Shown one piece after another: positions 9,016 to 17,766 of a DNA stretch of 43,965 nt; within the stretch, counting starts at the first letter, position 1, and each line of letters opens with the position of its first letter. The DNA is from Actinomycetes bacterium. GTDB taxonomy: Bacteria > Actinomycetota > Geothermincolia > Geothermincolales > JAHEXQ01. The notes below the pieces were generated by a model that had not been told where the DNA came from, searched no databases, and was given only the letters and a program-made list of their open reading frames with translations. Both the position numbers and the translations under genes were made by a program. The stretch spans positions 1-43,965 of the forward strand of contig JAHEXQ010000003.1 in the NCBI GenBank assembly GCA_023252035.1, given 5' to 3'.

Positions 9016-9975
9016 ATGGAAGCTATCCCGATGCGGAGGCGCGCTGAGCTGGAGGTCGTCATCCCGCAGCCCTTTGATTTTCAGCTCACGATAGGCAAGC
9101 CCGCGGGCTGGTACTGGTGCTCGCCCCGGGAGATCTTCGCCGACGGCATCCTGTGGGGCGGTATGTACATGCCGGCGGAGTTCAGCCACACACCAGTGGG
9201 CGTGAAGCTCCGTTACGAAGATGAAGCCGTGAAGGTACGGGCCTACGCCCCATCGGCCCTTTCGCCGCAAGCGCTCGATTACCTGAGGCGGGAGATCGAG
9301 GCGGGACTCGGTCAGGACCTGGACCTGGAGGGCTTCTACAGGTTTGCCCGCAAAGACCCCGTACTGAAGCAGACGGTCGAAGACCTGTACGGCATGCGCC
9401 TGGGTAGCTTCGATGACCTCTTCGGCCGGGTGACCCTGGCCATCACCCTGCAGATGGCGCCCTGGAAACGCAGCCAGCAGATGACGGATGCGCTCCTCGC
9501 CAACTGGGGGACTGCCCTCCGTTTCGACAGTAAGACGGTGATCCTCTGGCCTACAGCGGAGGCCATCGCAGCGGTGGATGAGTCAGAGCTGAGGGATGTG
9601 GCCAAGCTGGGTTACCGGGCGAAACTGTTCTCCGCCGCAGCACGCTACATGGTAGACGCCCCCGTAACCATGCGGGAACTCGATGGGTTATCGGAAGAGG
9701 AGGCGGCCGCGCGGGTCAGGGCTATCCCGGGAATCGGGGCTTACGCCTCCGGCATCGTGCTTCGCAGCGGCACTGCCCCCATCGATGCCTGGAGCGTCAT
9801 CCTCATGAGCGAACTCCTCCTCGGCGAGACCCCAGCGAAACCGCGGAAGGAGATAAAACGCATCAACGGGCTGGTCAAAGAGCGCTGGGGCCCATGGAGC
9901 TGGATGGCCTTTGCCTATATACTGAACGACCTGCATAATCTGTCGTCATCCTACAATATCTCGAGGCTGCACTAA
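9016..9975 (+). CDS. HhH-GPD DNA glycosylase, AlkA-like
   Basis: Helix-hairpin-helix IPGIGAYASGIVL followed by PIDAWSV (candidate catalytic Asp), plus an AlkA-like N-terminal domain. An alternative start is at 9031. Confidence 0.55.
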   Translation: MEAIPMRRRAELEVVIPQPFDFQLTIGKPAGWYWCSPREIFADGILWGGMYMPAEFSHTPVGVKLRYEDEAVKVRAYAPSALSPQALDYLRREIEAGLGQDLDLEGFYRFARKDPVLKQTVEDLYGMRLGSFDDLFGRVTLAITLQMAPWKRSQQMTDALLANWGTALRFDSKTVILWPTAEAIAAVDESELRDVAKLGYRAKLFSAAARYMVDAPVTMRELDGLSEEEAAARVRAIPGIGAYASGIVLRSGTAPIDAWSVILMSELLLGETPAKPRKEIKRINGLVKERWGPWSWMAFAYILNDLHNLSSSYNISRLH

Positions 9976-9998
9976 GCCGGCCGGAAGGAAACAACGCA

Positions 9999-10562
9999 AT
10001 GCCTGGCTTGCACAGAGACCCGCTCGAGATCCGCGAACTGGCCAACCTGAGAGAGGACACCAACCGCCGTTTCTTCGGGTGGCTGAAGAACTGCAGCGTG
10101 GCGGAGGAGGAGCTCGACGCCCTCGTACGCCGGCTGAATGACTACGTGACGGGCGAGATAGACTGCACAGCTTGTGCCAACTGCTGCCGGCGCATGAGTC
10201 CATCGCTTGCGAGGCACGATGTAAAACGCCTGGCGCGAACCACGGGCCTTCCGGCTTCGGAATTCAAGAGACGCTTCCTCACCAAAGACCCTCGCTTCAA
10301 CGACCTGGTCTTCAATCGCAGGCCCTGTCCCCTGCTAAAGGGCAACCTCTGCAGCCGCTACGAGTCACGTCCCGAGAACTGCCGTTCCTACCCCCACCTG
10401 CAGGAGCGGGGCTTCATCTTCCGCCTCAGGGGAGTGATCTCCAACTATGCGACCTGCCCCATCGTCTTCAATGTCGTGGAGATGCTCAAAGCCGAGATAT
10501 GGGAGGGGAACAAGAGGCCCCTGCAATATCTGGATGAGGGCGAGTTCGATGATGTGGAGTGA
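9999..10562 (+). CDS. YkgJ-family cysteine-cluster protein
   Basis: CTACANCC (CxxCxxCC) followed by CPLL...NLCSRYESRPENCRSYP. Confidence 0.75.
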   Translation: MPGLHRDPLEIRELANLREDTNRRFFGWLKNCSVAEEELDALVRRLNDYVTGEIDCTACANCCRRMSPSLARHDVKRLARTTGLPASEFKRRFLTKDPRFNDLVFNRRPCPLLKGNLCSRYESRPENCRSYPHLQERGFIFRLRGVISNYATCPIVFNVVEMLKAEIWEGNKRPLQYLDEGEFDDVE

Positions 10563-10574
10563 GTCTCCGCCCGC

Positions 10575-11564
10575 CTAATGGTACGCGGCGGCCGCGTCCA
10601 GGGCTTGCCAGTCCGCCGCATCCAGGCTCTCGATGAATCCCTGCACCAAATGGCCCGTCTGCTTGACCAGCGCGGGGTCGAGGTTCGCGGCCACATCCTG
10701 CGGTGAATGATAGTAGGGGTCATCCCAGTATTCCACCCAGAAAGAAGGGATGCCGTGCGCCTCGAAGGCCTCGTGGTCGCTGGAGCCCGTGTCCTGCCGG
10801 AAGGTGTAGGGCACGGTCATGCGCTCGGTCCAGTTCGTGAAGAGCTCGGCGAAGGTAGCAGGCGCCGCCAGCGTGGAGTTGACATAGAAGGATGTGCCCA
10901 CCCCTATCATGTCTATGCTGATCATCCCGATGACCTTGCCCGGCATCAAACCCAGGTTGGCGGCGAAGTAGCGCGAGCCGAAGTGGTGGTTGCCGCTGCC
11001 GTATCCTTGGAGCACCTCTTCGGCCCCGAAGGCCGCGAACCGCAGCGTCGGGATATGCGGGTTGGTCCTCATGACGCGGGCCAGTTCCAGCACGGCGCCC
11101 ACGCCGCTCGCGTTGTCATTCCCGCCCGGGCTGCCGGAGCCGCCCTTGCTGTCCATGTGCGCGCCGATGACCACGACCTCGTTGGGATTGGAGCCGGGGC
11201 TGTCGGCATAGACGTTGTAAGTGGTGGCGCCGTTGGGCAGGGGCAAGGGCTGCTTGACCACGTTGGTGCAACCGAGGTCGCGCAGCGCGCCGGCGACGAA
11301 GTCCGCGGCCTGGTGCTCCGCGGCGCTCCCCCCCGGCCGGTAACCTATCCCGTCGGCCAGCTGCCGGGCGTACTCGATGGAACGTGAAGCGTCGAAGAGC
11401 TGGTAAGGAGGGGGAGGTGGCGGAGCCGGAGTCACGGGTTCGGTGACCTGGGTCTCCTCCGGCTGTGCCTCCGCCGTTTGCGTCTCTCGAGGCGCGCTCC
11501 TGGCCCCGCAGCCCACGATCAGGACGGCGATCATGAGCACAACCACAATACTCGCTCGCTCCAA
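10575..11564 (-). CDS. Secreted M28-family aminopeptidase
   Basis: N-terminal hydrophobic signal with Cys (IVGCGA). VVVIGAHMDSKGG...PGGNDNASGVGAVLELA...AAFGAEE are zinc-ligand motifs. Confidence 0.85.
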   Translation of the reverse strand: MERASIVVVLMIAVLIVGCGARSAPRETQTAEAQPEETQVTEPVTPAPPPPPPYQLFDASRSIEYARQLADGIGYRPGGSAAEHQAADFVAGALRDLGCTNVVKQPLPLPNGATTYNVYADSPGSNPNEVVVIGAHMDSKGGSGSPGGNDNASGVGAVLELARVMRTNPHIPTLRFAAFGAEEVLQGYGSGNHHFGSRYFAANLGLMPGKVIGMISIDMIGVGTSFYVNSTLAAPATFAELFTNWTERMTVPYTFRQDTGSSDHEAFEAHGIPSFWVEYWDDPYYHSPQDVAANLDPALVKQTGHLVQGFIESLDAADWQALDAAAAYH

Positions 11565-11735
11565 CTTGCCTCCAATCCCGCAACCGGTCGGCCGCTACGA
11601 TTATACCTGTGGGCGAACAAAAAGGTACCTGGTACCGAACATGTTCGCTTTTTCGGATGTTCGCTCCGCGCATTTTCGCCAAGGTCATTTGTCACTCCCA
11701 TGGGCTACAGTTGTAATGGATAAGAAACTGAAGGG

Positions 11736-12941
11736 GTGGTCCGAGTGACGATTTATTCACATTCCAGACTGGAGGCCTTCGAGAACTGCCCGCTTATGTA
11801 CAAGTTCCAGTACATCGACCGCATCCGGTCGAAGCGGGAGGGCATCGAGGGTTTCATGGGCTCCCGGGTGCACGAGACCCTGGAGAAGCTCTACACCGAC
11901 CTCAAGTACTGCAAGCCCGACTCCGAGGAGGAGCTGGTTGCCTTCTACAACTCTGGCTGGGACAGGAACTGGCACGACTGCGTCTTCGTGGTGAAGGAGG
12001 AGTACTGCGCGGAGAACTACCGCGAGATGGGCGAGAGATGCGTGCGCGAGTATTACCGCCACTACCATCCCTTCGATGACGGGCGCACTCTGTGGCTGGA
12101 GCAGAAGGTCGTCATCCCGCTGGACCCCGAGGGCCGGTACAGGATGACCGGCGTGGTCGATCGCCTGGTGGAGAAGGAGCCCGGGGTCTATGAGATACAT
12201 GATTACAAGGGTTCCGGTACCCTGCCCGATCAGTGGAAGCTCGATAACGATCGCCAGCTCGCCCTCTACCACCTCGGCGTGGAGCAGGCTCTCCCGGATG
12301 TACGCGAGGTCAGCCTGGTCTGGCATTACCTCGTCTTCGATAAGGAGATGCGCTCCCGGCGCACCCCTGAGCAACTGGAGCAGCTGAAAGACAAGGTCAT
12401 CTCCCTCATTCAGACCATAGAGGCTAGCGAAAGCTTCGAACCGCGAGCGGGAATCCTCTGCGAGTGGTGCGACTTCCCCGAACTCTGCCCGCATCGCAAG
12501 CACCTGTTTGCAGTCGAGCAACTGCCGCCCCCCGAGTTCAAAGCCGATGACGGCGTGCAACTGGTGGACCGCTATGCCGCGCTCAAAGAGAAGAAGGCCA
12601 AGGTCGAGGCCGAACTCGAGGAATTGAAGGGGCACATCGACGAGTACTGCACTGCCATGAAGGTTGACCGGGTGCGTGGCTCCTGCAATATCCTCAGCCT
12701 GAGTCGGAAGGAGACGCCCCGCTTTCCCGAGGCCAAGAGCCCGGAGCGTAGAGCCATGGAGGATCTCATCCGGACGCTGGGCCACTGGGACGAGGTTTCC
12801 ACGCTATCCACTTTCAAGCTGGGCAAAGCCGTGGCCTGCGGCGCCTGGAGCGAGTTCGACGCCACGCAAGTGGACCAGTTCCTGAACTGGGAGGAGACGG
12901 TCGCGCTCCGCCTGAAGAAAGCGGAGCAGCGTGAGGAATAA
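11736..12941 (+). CDS. PD-(D/E)XK nuclease, Cas4/RecB-like with Fe-S cysteines
   Basis: YSHSRLEAFENCPLMYKF (N-terminal Cys), EIHDYKGSG (D-x-K) and CEWCDFPELC (CX2CX5C), followed by an approximately 150-aa C-terminal extension. The GTG start is at 11736 or 11745. Confidence 0.8.
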   Translation: MVRVTIYSHSRLEAFENCPLMYKFQYIDRIRSKREGIEGFMGSRVHETLEKLYTDLKYCKPDSEEELVAFYNSGWDRNWHDCVFVVKEEYCAENYREMGERCVREYYRHYHPFDDGRTLWLEQKVVIPLDPEGRYRMTGVVDRLVEKEPGVYEIHDYKGSGTLPDQWKLDNDRQLALYHLGVEQALPDVREVSLVWHYLVFDKEMRSRRTPEQLEQLKDKVISLIQTIEASESFEPRAGILCEWCDFPELCPHRKHLFAVEQLPPPEFKADDGVQLVDRYAALKEKKAKVEAELEELKGHIDEYCTAMKVDRVRGSCNILSLSRKETPRFPEAKSPERRAMEDLIRTLGHWDEVSTLSTFKLGKAVACGAWSEFDATQVDQFLNWEETVALRLKKAEQREE

Positions 12942-12953
12942 CTTTCCCAGGGG

Positions 12954-13823
12954 ATGCGTTGCGCTTATCATGGGATGATAATGCTTAGACCAGAAACGCA
13001 CGATGACAAGATGGCGATCGCCGATACCCTTTTCTGCGCCTTCGACGTGGAGACCACGGGCCTCTCGGAATCCAGCCGTATGGTGGAGATCGGGGCGATC
13101 CGCTTCAAGATAGGAGAGGAGGGCGAGGGCTTCTCCACCCTGGTGAATCCGCGTCAGTCCATATCGCGCGCCGCCGCCGCCATCCACGGGATCAGCTCGA
13201 GCATGGTTCGCGATGCACCCCTCGCCGACGAGGCGCTGGCGGCCTTCTTCGATTTCGCGGGCGACTCAGTACTGCTCGCCCATAACGCCGGTTTTGATGT
13301 GGGCATCGTCTCCATGGAACTAGTCCGCTGCGAGATGGCCATGCCCGGGAACACCGTCATCGATAACCTGGGCATAGCGCGCGCCTGTCTCGCCCAGCGC
13401 CGGAATTTCAAACTGGCCACTCTGGCCGAGTCCATCGGGCTGGACACGTGCGGTCTGCACCGCGCTTTCCCCGACGCTCGTGCCACCAAGCTGGTCTTCG
13501 AGGAGGCCTTGGGGGTGAAGGGCTGGCTGTCTCATCCCCTCAAGGAGCTCGATCGATTTTCCGGCGGTTTCGGATTCCAGGACATGCGCGACGTGGAGTT
13601 TGAGCTGCCCGCCGAGTTCGAGATCATCCGCCAGGCCATCCAGTCCCAGTCCTGCCTCAAGGTAGTTTATGCCGGAGGGACCAAAGGTCCGGAGCCGCGC
13701 ACGCTCACGCCACTGGCTATCCATAATCGCTGGGGCAGCTTCAGCCTGGAGGCCTTCTGCCACGTGGACCGCATGAACAAGACTTTTCTGCTGGACCGCT
13801 TCGTCAAGATAGAGTTGGACTGA
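12954..13823 (+). CDS. DEDDh (DnaQ-like) 3'-5' exonuclease fused to a WYL-like C-terminal domain
   Basis: Exo I is FDVETTGL, Exo II is LLAHNAGFDVG and Exo III is HRAFPDARAT. The C-terminus LKVVYAGG...RTLTPLAIH...FSLEAFCHV...KTFLLDRFVKIE has the WYL-domain pattern. The start codon is uncertain (several Met within the first 20 aa). Confidence 0.8.
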   Translation: MRCAYHGMIMLRPETHDDKMAIADTLFCAFDVETTGLSESSRMVEIGAIRFKIGEEGEGFSTLVNPRQSISRAAAAIHGISSSMVRDAPLADEALAAFFDFAGDSVLLAHNAGFDVGIVSMELVRCEMAMPGNTVIDNLGIARACLAQRRNFKLATLAESIGLDTCGLHRAFPDARATKLVFEEALGVKGWLSHPLKELDRFSGGFGFQDMRDVEFELPAEFEIIRQAIQSQSCLKVVYAGGTKGPEPRTLTPLAIHNRWGSFSLEAFCHVDRMNKTFLLDRFVKIELD

Positions 13824-13837
13824 GTCAATTACAGTCA

Positions 13838-13925
13838 GGGGTCAGCCGCCCATGCCACGGTAGCGGTACCGGTAGAGAGTGAAAATGGATTCAGTGCGCC
13901 ACCGCGATGAGTCACAACATATGGT
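13838..13925. repeat. Copy A of an approximately 90-nt intergenic repeat
   Basis: GGGGTCAGCCGCCCATGCCACGGTAGCGGTACC...CACAACATATGGT. My hand alignment to 14842-14929 gives 11 mismatches in 88 positions. Confidence 0.85.
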
Positions 13926-13998
13926 ATGCTGATGCGATTCTCCGGAGAAGACCCCTCTGCTGCACCCTTGTTTCAGTTGCGCTCAGTTGCACACTTAA

Positions 13999-14027
13999 TT
14001 GACAGGGGGAAAGGCTCTTTATATACT
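13999..14027 (+). promoter_or_regulatory. Near-consensus sigma70-type promoter upstream of the DUF169 gene
   Basis: TTGACA (13999-14004), 17-nt spacer, TATACT (14022-14027), about 40 nt upstream of the GTG at 14065. Confidence 0.6.
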
Positions 14028-14045
14028 GACTGACATGTCAGTATA
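14022..14045. promoter_or_regulatory. Palindromic operator-like site overlapping the -10 box
   Basis: TATACTGAC-TGACAT-GTCAGTATA has perfect 9-bp arms with a 6-nt spacer. Confidence 0.55.
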
Positions 14046-14064
14046 AAAGGGGAAGGGGACATCG

Positions 14065-14808
14065 GTGGATGCATCCAGCTATCGCCCCGAGCCTGTCGGC
14101 GTCAAATTCCTATCAAGCCTTGCGGATTCCTGGGACAACCTGCTTGCTTTCGAAGGTATCAGCTACTGCCAGGCGGTATCACAGGCCGGCGAAGAAGGCC
14201 TCCTGGTGCGCGCCTCCTCCATCGGCACCTGCCGGTGGTCCCCGGTGGCTCTGGGCTTAAAGCAAGCGGAGGGCAGTTTCGAGAAACGGCTCGAACCCCA
14301 CCGGGAAACGACCTGGGGCATCGCCCTGGCCACACTGCCCGGCTTCGCCAAGGCAGGCGCAGAACCGGATGTGGTCATCCTGCGCGACTCGGGCAGGAAT
14401 CTGAAAACGCACCTGGAAAAGCTGGGGCGCGAGAACTGCGCCATGCAATACGCGGGCCAGACGGACAAGAGCGTCCTGGGGATCCTGGAGGTAGGCAGCG
14501 GCGGCTGGAAAGAGTGGCTGATAGGAGCAGTGAATCCTGCCCTGGCCATGCTCAACAAGATGCCCGGATGGGGAAAGGCCACCGAGCTGCTCTTCCGCAG
14601 TACCGTGGTGAGCGATCTCTTCGACCGGCTCATCGCAGCGTGTATGGCGGATATGTCCGTGTGCCGCAACTCGACGGTCATCCCGGCCATCACCGGCAAG
14701 GCCAACATCTCGCACTTCTGCACGGGCGGCATCACCTGGGGAGCGAACCGGCCCGAGCACATGACCTGCGGCATACCCTACAGGCTTTACCGGCTGGTGG
14801 AGCAATAG
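14065..14808 (+). CDS. DUF169-domain protein
   Basis: GTG start follows AAAGGGGAAGGGGA. N-terminal PVGVKF and the conserved Cys pattern (CRWSP, CRNS, CTGG, CG) are consistent with my recollection of DUF169. Confidence 0.65.
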   Translation: MDASSYRPEPVGVKFLSSLADSWDNLLAFEGISYCQAVSQAGEEGLLVRASSIGTCRWSPVALGLKQAEGSFEKRLEPHRETTWGIALATLPGFAKAGAEPDVVILRDSGRNLKTHLEKLGRENCAMQYAGQTDKSVLGILEVGSGGWKEWLIGAVNPALAMLNKMPGWGKATELLFRSTVVSDLFDRLIAACMADMSVCRNSTVIPAITGKANISHFCTGGITWGANRPEHMTCGIPYRLYRLVEQ

Positions 14809-14841
14809 GTGGTTGTCCGTTCTGGAAAAGCGAAAATGTTC

Positions 14842-14929
14842 GGGGTCAGTCGTCCATGCCACGGTAGCGGCACCATCAGAGAGTGAAAATAGGTTCAGTG
14901 CACCACCGCAATGAGCCACAACATATGGT
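14842..14929. repeat. Copy B of the approximately 90-nt intergenic repeat
   Basis: GGGGTCAGTCGTCCATGCCACGGTAGCGGCACC...CACAACATATGGT, in the same orientation as copy A. Confidence 0.85.
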
Positions 14930-15016
14930 GGGCTGAACGCTATTTTCGAAACAGGTACATTTTTGTTCGGTTTGAGCTGTGCGGCTGTGGCCGCACCGAC
15001 ACAGGGGAGGTTTCGA

Positions 15017-15553
15017 ATGGGAGAGAGTGTTGGAATCCAGGAGTACATTGAATCCTACGTCCCGGGGTTGGTGGAGAAGCTGCTCGAGGAGAAGCCGGTA
15101 CCCAGCATGGGCGGCACGACCTTCACCGTCCAGCTCACCATGGGTGGGGAGAAGTCGCTGACCTACGGCATCACCATCGTGGACGGCAAGAAGATAACGG
15201 TAACGCCGGGGGGCGTGGAGAAACCCATGCTCTCGGTCACGCTGCCGGAGGAACTCATCCAGCGCGCCTTCGATCTCATCACGCCCTGGACCACCCGGCA
15301 GCGCTACGACGCCGTATGCGAAACCAAGGGCTCCTTGGACCTGGAAGTGGGCATGCCGGGAGACTGGACCGTGCCTCTGCACCTTGAGTTCAATGACTAC
15401 GCAGATCCTAAGGTGAAAATAAACATCCCACTCGAGGATGCAGCGGGAATTGCGACGGGGAAGCTAAACGCTCCCATGACATTCATGCAGGGAAAGATAA
15501 AACTGGAAGGCGATATGGCCTTCGCCCTCTCCTTGGCCAGAGTCCTGGGATAG
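15017..15553 (+). CDS. SCP2 sterol-binding domain protein
   Basis: ATG at 15017 follows AGGGGAGG (the track ORF starts at 14963). The C-terminus ATGKLNAPMTFMQGKIKLEGDMAFALSLARVL is the SCP2 pattern. Confidence 0.75.
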   Translation: MGESVGIQEYIESYVPGLVEKLLEEKPVPSMGGTTFTVQLTMGGEKSLTYGITIVDGKKITVTPGGVEKPMLSVTLPEELIQRAFDLITPWTTRQRYDAVCETKGSLDLEVGMPGDWTVPLHLEFNDYADPKVKINIPLEDAAGIATGKLNAPMTFMQGKIKLEGDMAFALSLARVLG

Positions 15554-15588
15554 GTAGAGCCGGGGAAGTAGTGCTGGGCGGAATATTT

Positions 15589-15612
15589 ATGGCCGGCCTT
15601 CCGGCCGGCCAT
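15589..15612. terminator. Bidirectional rho-independent terminator between convergent genes
   Basis: ATGGCCGGCC-TTCC-GGCCGGCCAT is a 10-bp stem flanked by AATATTT and TCATTT. Confidence 0.7.
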
Positions 15613-15617
15613 TCATT

Positions 15618-15893
15618 TCAATAGCGGAAAGACCTGGGCCTGGTATCGGTCCTCTTGGGTTTCGCTTCGCTTACCTTGACGGTCCGACCATCCATGTCCT
15701 TACCGTCGATGGCCGCGATAGCCGCCTTGGCCTCTTCGTCGTTCAGCATCTCCACGAAGCCGAATCCCTTGGAGCGATTGGTATCGCGCTCCATGATGAC
15801 CTCGGCCGTCTCGACGGCGCCGAACTCCTCGAAAGCCTTGCGCAGCTCCTCGTTGCCTACGCTGTAGGGCAGGTTGCCTACGTAAATTTTCAT
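15618..15893 (-). CDS. RRM (RNP-1) glycine-poor RNA-binding protein
   Basis: MKIYVGNLPYS (RNP2) and KGFGFVEM (RNP1). The second ATG is chosen because GGAGG sits 9 nt upstream of it and only 3 nt upstream of the first ATG at 15899. Confidence 0.9.
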   Translation of the reverse strand: MKIYVGNLPYSVGNEELRKAFEEFGAVETAEVIMERDTNRSKGFGFVEMLNDEEAKAAIAAIDGKDMDGRTVKVSEAKPKRTDTRPRSFRY

Positions 15894-16076
15894 TCTCATT
15901 CACCTCCCCACATACATTCAAAAATCCCGAGGTTGGGGTCTCCTCGGGATCAACACACAATGCTCAATGCCGTAAAAAACCACACGCTCAACGATAGTAT
16001 AAGTCAGCAGAGAGACAAACACAACCTCCGCCTTCATATATATCCTTACTTTAAGTCCTGTCCCCAATGTAAGGAT

Positions 16077-17312
16077 TTAAGCATAGGCCGTAAACCCGCT
16101 GCCCAAGAGCTCTCGTCCCACCACCAGTTTCTGGATCTCACTGGTCCCGTCGGGAATGGTCAGCATCCGGGCATCGCGGAAATATCGCTCCAGCGGATAC
16201 TCGTCGGAGAGGCCCATGCCGCCGTGGAGCTGTATACCGTCGTAGGTCACCTTCACCGCGGCATCGCAGGCGTAACCCTTGGCCAGCGAGGACATCAGGC
16301 GAGCCTCTGGATTACCGTTTATGGCCATCTGAAGCGCCTGATAGGAGAGCAAGCGCGATGTCACGGTCAAAGCCTTCATATTATAGAGCATCTCCTGGAT
16401 GAGCTGGAATTTCCCGATGGGCCTGCCGAACTGCATCCTTTCCTGCGCGAACTTGATGGATGCATCGAGGGCCGCCTGGGCTATGCCCGACCCCGCCAGC
16501 CCCATGCCGCTCCGCAGGAACGCGAAGATGATGTTCTCCGGGCTCATTCTCCCCAGCATGCTCATGAACCCCGACTTCGCCAGCCCCGCCATATCAACTC
16601 CGTCCCCCGTGACCTCGGCTCCCCGGCCGGAGAGCATGCTGCTGACCATCTCCATCATGTTGTTGCCTTTGGGAACGCGGCAGTCGGAGAAGAATATCTC
16701 CCCGGTGGGGCCGGCCCTCCAACCGAGCTTATGCAGTTCGCTGGTCTCGTAGGGTGACTCCTCCTTGTCCACGAGCAGGAAAATCCTCTGGCCGTTCTGA
16801 TCGTTGGCGACCAGCAGGCACAGATCGGATACGGGACCGTTGGTGATCCAGGTCTTGGTGCCGTTGACGGTATAGTGGTCACCATCCAGCACCGCGGTGG
16901 TCCGCATCGCGCGGTTGTCGGAGCCGGCTTCCGGCTCGGTGATGGCGTAGCATCCGATGAGCTCATTGGCTTCCAGCTTGGGCATCAGCCTCTCCCGCAT
17001 CTCCACGGGGGCGAAGTTGACCAGGGCGGTGGGGAAGGAGAGCCCTAGCAGGCCCGCGGCGCTGGGCCAGACCCGGAAGAGCTCCTCCACCAGGATGGCG
17101 ATGCCCAGAGGATCGCTGCCCATCTCTCGCATGCTCTCCAGGTCGAAACCGATGCCCACCTTCCTGAACCGCCTCATGAGGCTGATGGCCTCCTCCTTGG
17201 TCATGGGGCCCTTCTTCTCCTGGGCATCGACCAGCGGGCCGATCTCTTTATCCAGAAATTCCCTGAAGCTCTCGCGCAGCATCCTCTGGTTTTCGTCGAA
17301 CTCAAAATCCAC
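16077..17312 (-). CDS. Acyl-CoA dehydrogenase
   Basis: 411 aa. AITEPEAGSD, WITNG and a C-terminal YFRDARMLTIPDGTSEIQ. Asp replaces the usual Glu of the YEGT motif. Confidence 0.9.
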   Translation of the reverse strand: MDFEFDENQRMLRESFREFLDKEIGPLVDAQEKKGPMTKEEAISLMRRFRKVGIGFDLESMREMGSDPLGIAILVEELFRVWPSAAGLLGLSFPTALVNFAPVEMRERLMPKLEANELIGCYAITEPEAGSDNRAMRTTAVLDGDHYTVNGTKTWITNGPVSDLCLLVANDQNGQRIFLLVDKEESPYETSELHKLGWRAGPTGEIFFSDCRVPKGNNMMEMVSSMLSGRGAEVTGDGVDMAGLAKSGFMSMLGRMSPENIIFAFLRSGMGLAGSGIAQAALDASIKFAQERMQFGRPIGKFQLIQEMLYNMKALTVTSRLLSYQALQMAINGNPEARLMSSLAKGYACDAAVKVTYDGIQLHGGMGLSDEYPLERYFRDARMLTIPDGTSEIQKLVVGRELLGSGFTAYA

Positions 17313-17613
17313 TAGAAACCCCTCCTTCGCCTGTTTTCAGCCGTTACTTAGCTATCTTTGGATTATCCTGAAGCGTTCCCAAGTTCACGTTGCCGGCCTG
17401 GACTCCCCCGGTAGAGAAACCGGGGTAGGCGCTGAAAGGCAAGGCGACCGGCAGCCGGCACAAGAACAGAGCTTGGCGTCCAAACGGCACCTCCCCTGGA
17501 ACGGCTTTAGCAGTTTCCGAACTGAGTCTACCATATGTATTAGCGGAGGGGCGTCGCCCGGTTGCAGGCCCGGTCCGGAAGTTCCGCCTGGCCCATCGAG
17601 AAAGGAGCGGATC

Positions 17614-17766
17614 ATGCCCCAGAAGACCGAGCGCAGCGCGACGCGGGCCAAAGGCTTCGAGGAACCGGAGACGGATTTCCAGTTGCTCCGCCAGTTGGGA
17701 GCCTGCGTCTACGGAGGGGGTTCCTTCGTTGCCCCCGGCACCCCCGTTGAAGTTATGGTCGGATAG
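17614..17766 (+). CDS. Small hypothetical ORF (50 aa)
   Basis: ATG follows AAAGGAG with a 7-nt spacer. MPQKTERSATRAKGFEEPETDFQLLRQLGACVYGGGSFVAPGTPVEVMVG. It lies in a 690-bp gap between two minus-strand genes. No homology recognised. Confidence 0.3.
   Translation: MPQKTERSATRAKGFEEPETDFQLLRQLGACVYGGGSFVAPGTPVEVMVG

Noticed and set aside
11757-12785. 342-aa minus-strand ORF
   Set aside because: It is antisense to the Cas4-like nuclease gene and has no recognisable features.
14235-17766. ORFs 14235..14867(+), 14257..15048(-), 14876..15382(-), 15933..16757(+), 16957..17766(+)
   Set aside because: These are alternative-frame or antisense shadows of the DUF169, SCP2 and acyl-CoA dehydrogenase genes. 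Only the last 153 nt of 16957..17766 is kept, as a low-confidence small ORF, because it has its own RBS.
17614-17766. Reading the 50-aa ORF as a lasso-peptide or other RiPP precursor
   Set aside because: There are no maturation genes (cyclase, protease, transporter) nearby, no conserved leader Thr at position -2, and no suitable Asp/Glu ring-closure spacing that I could justify.
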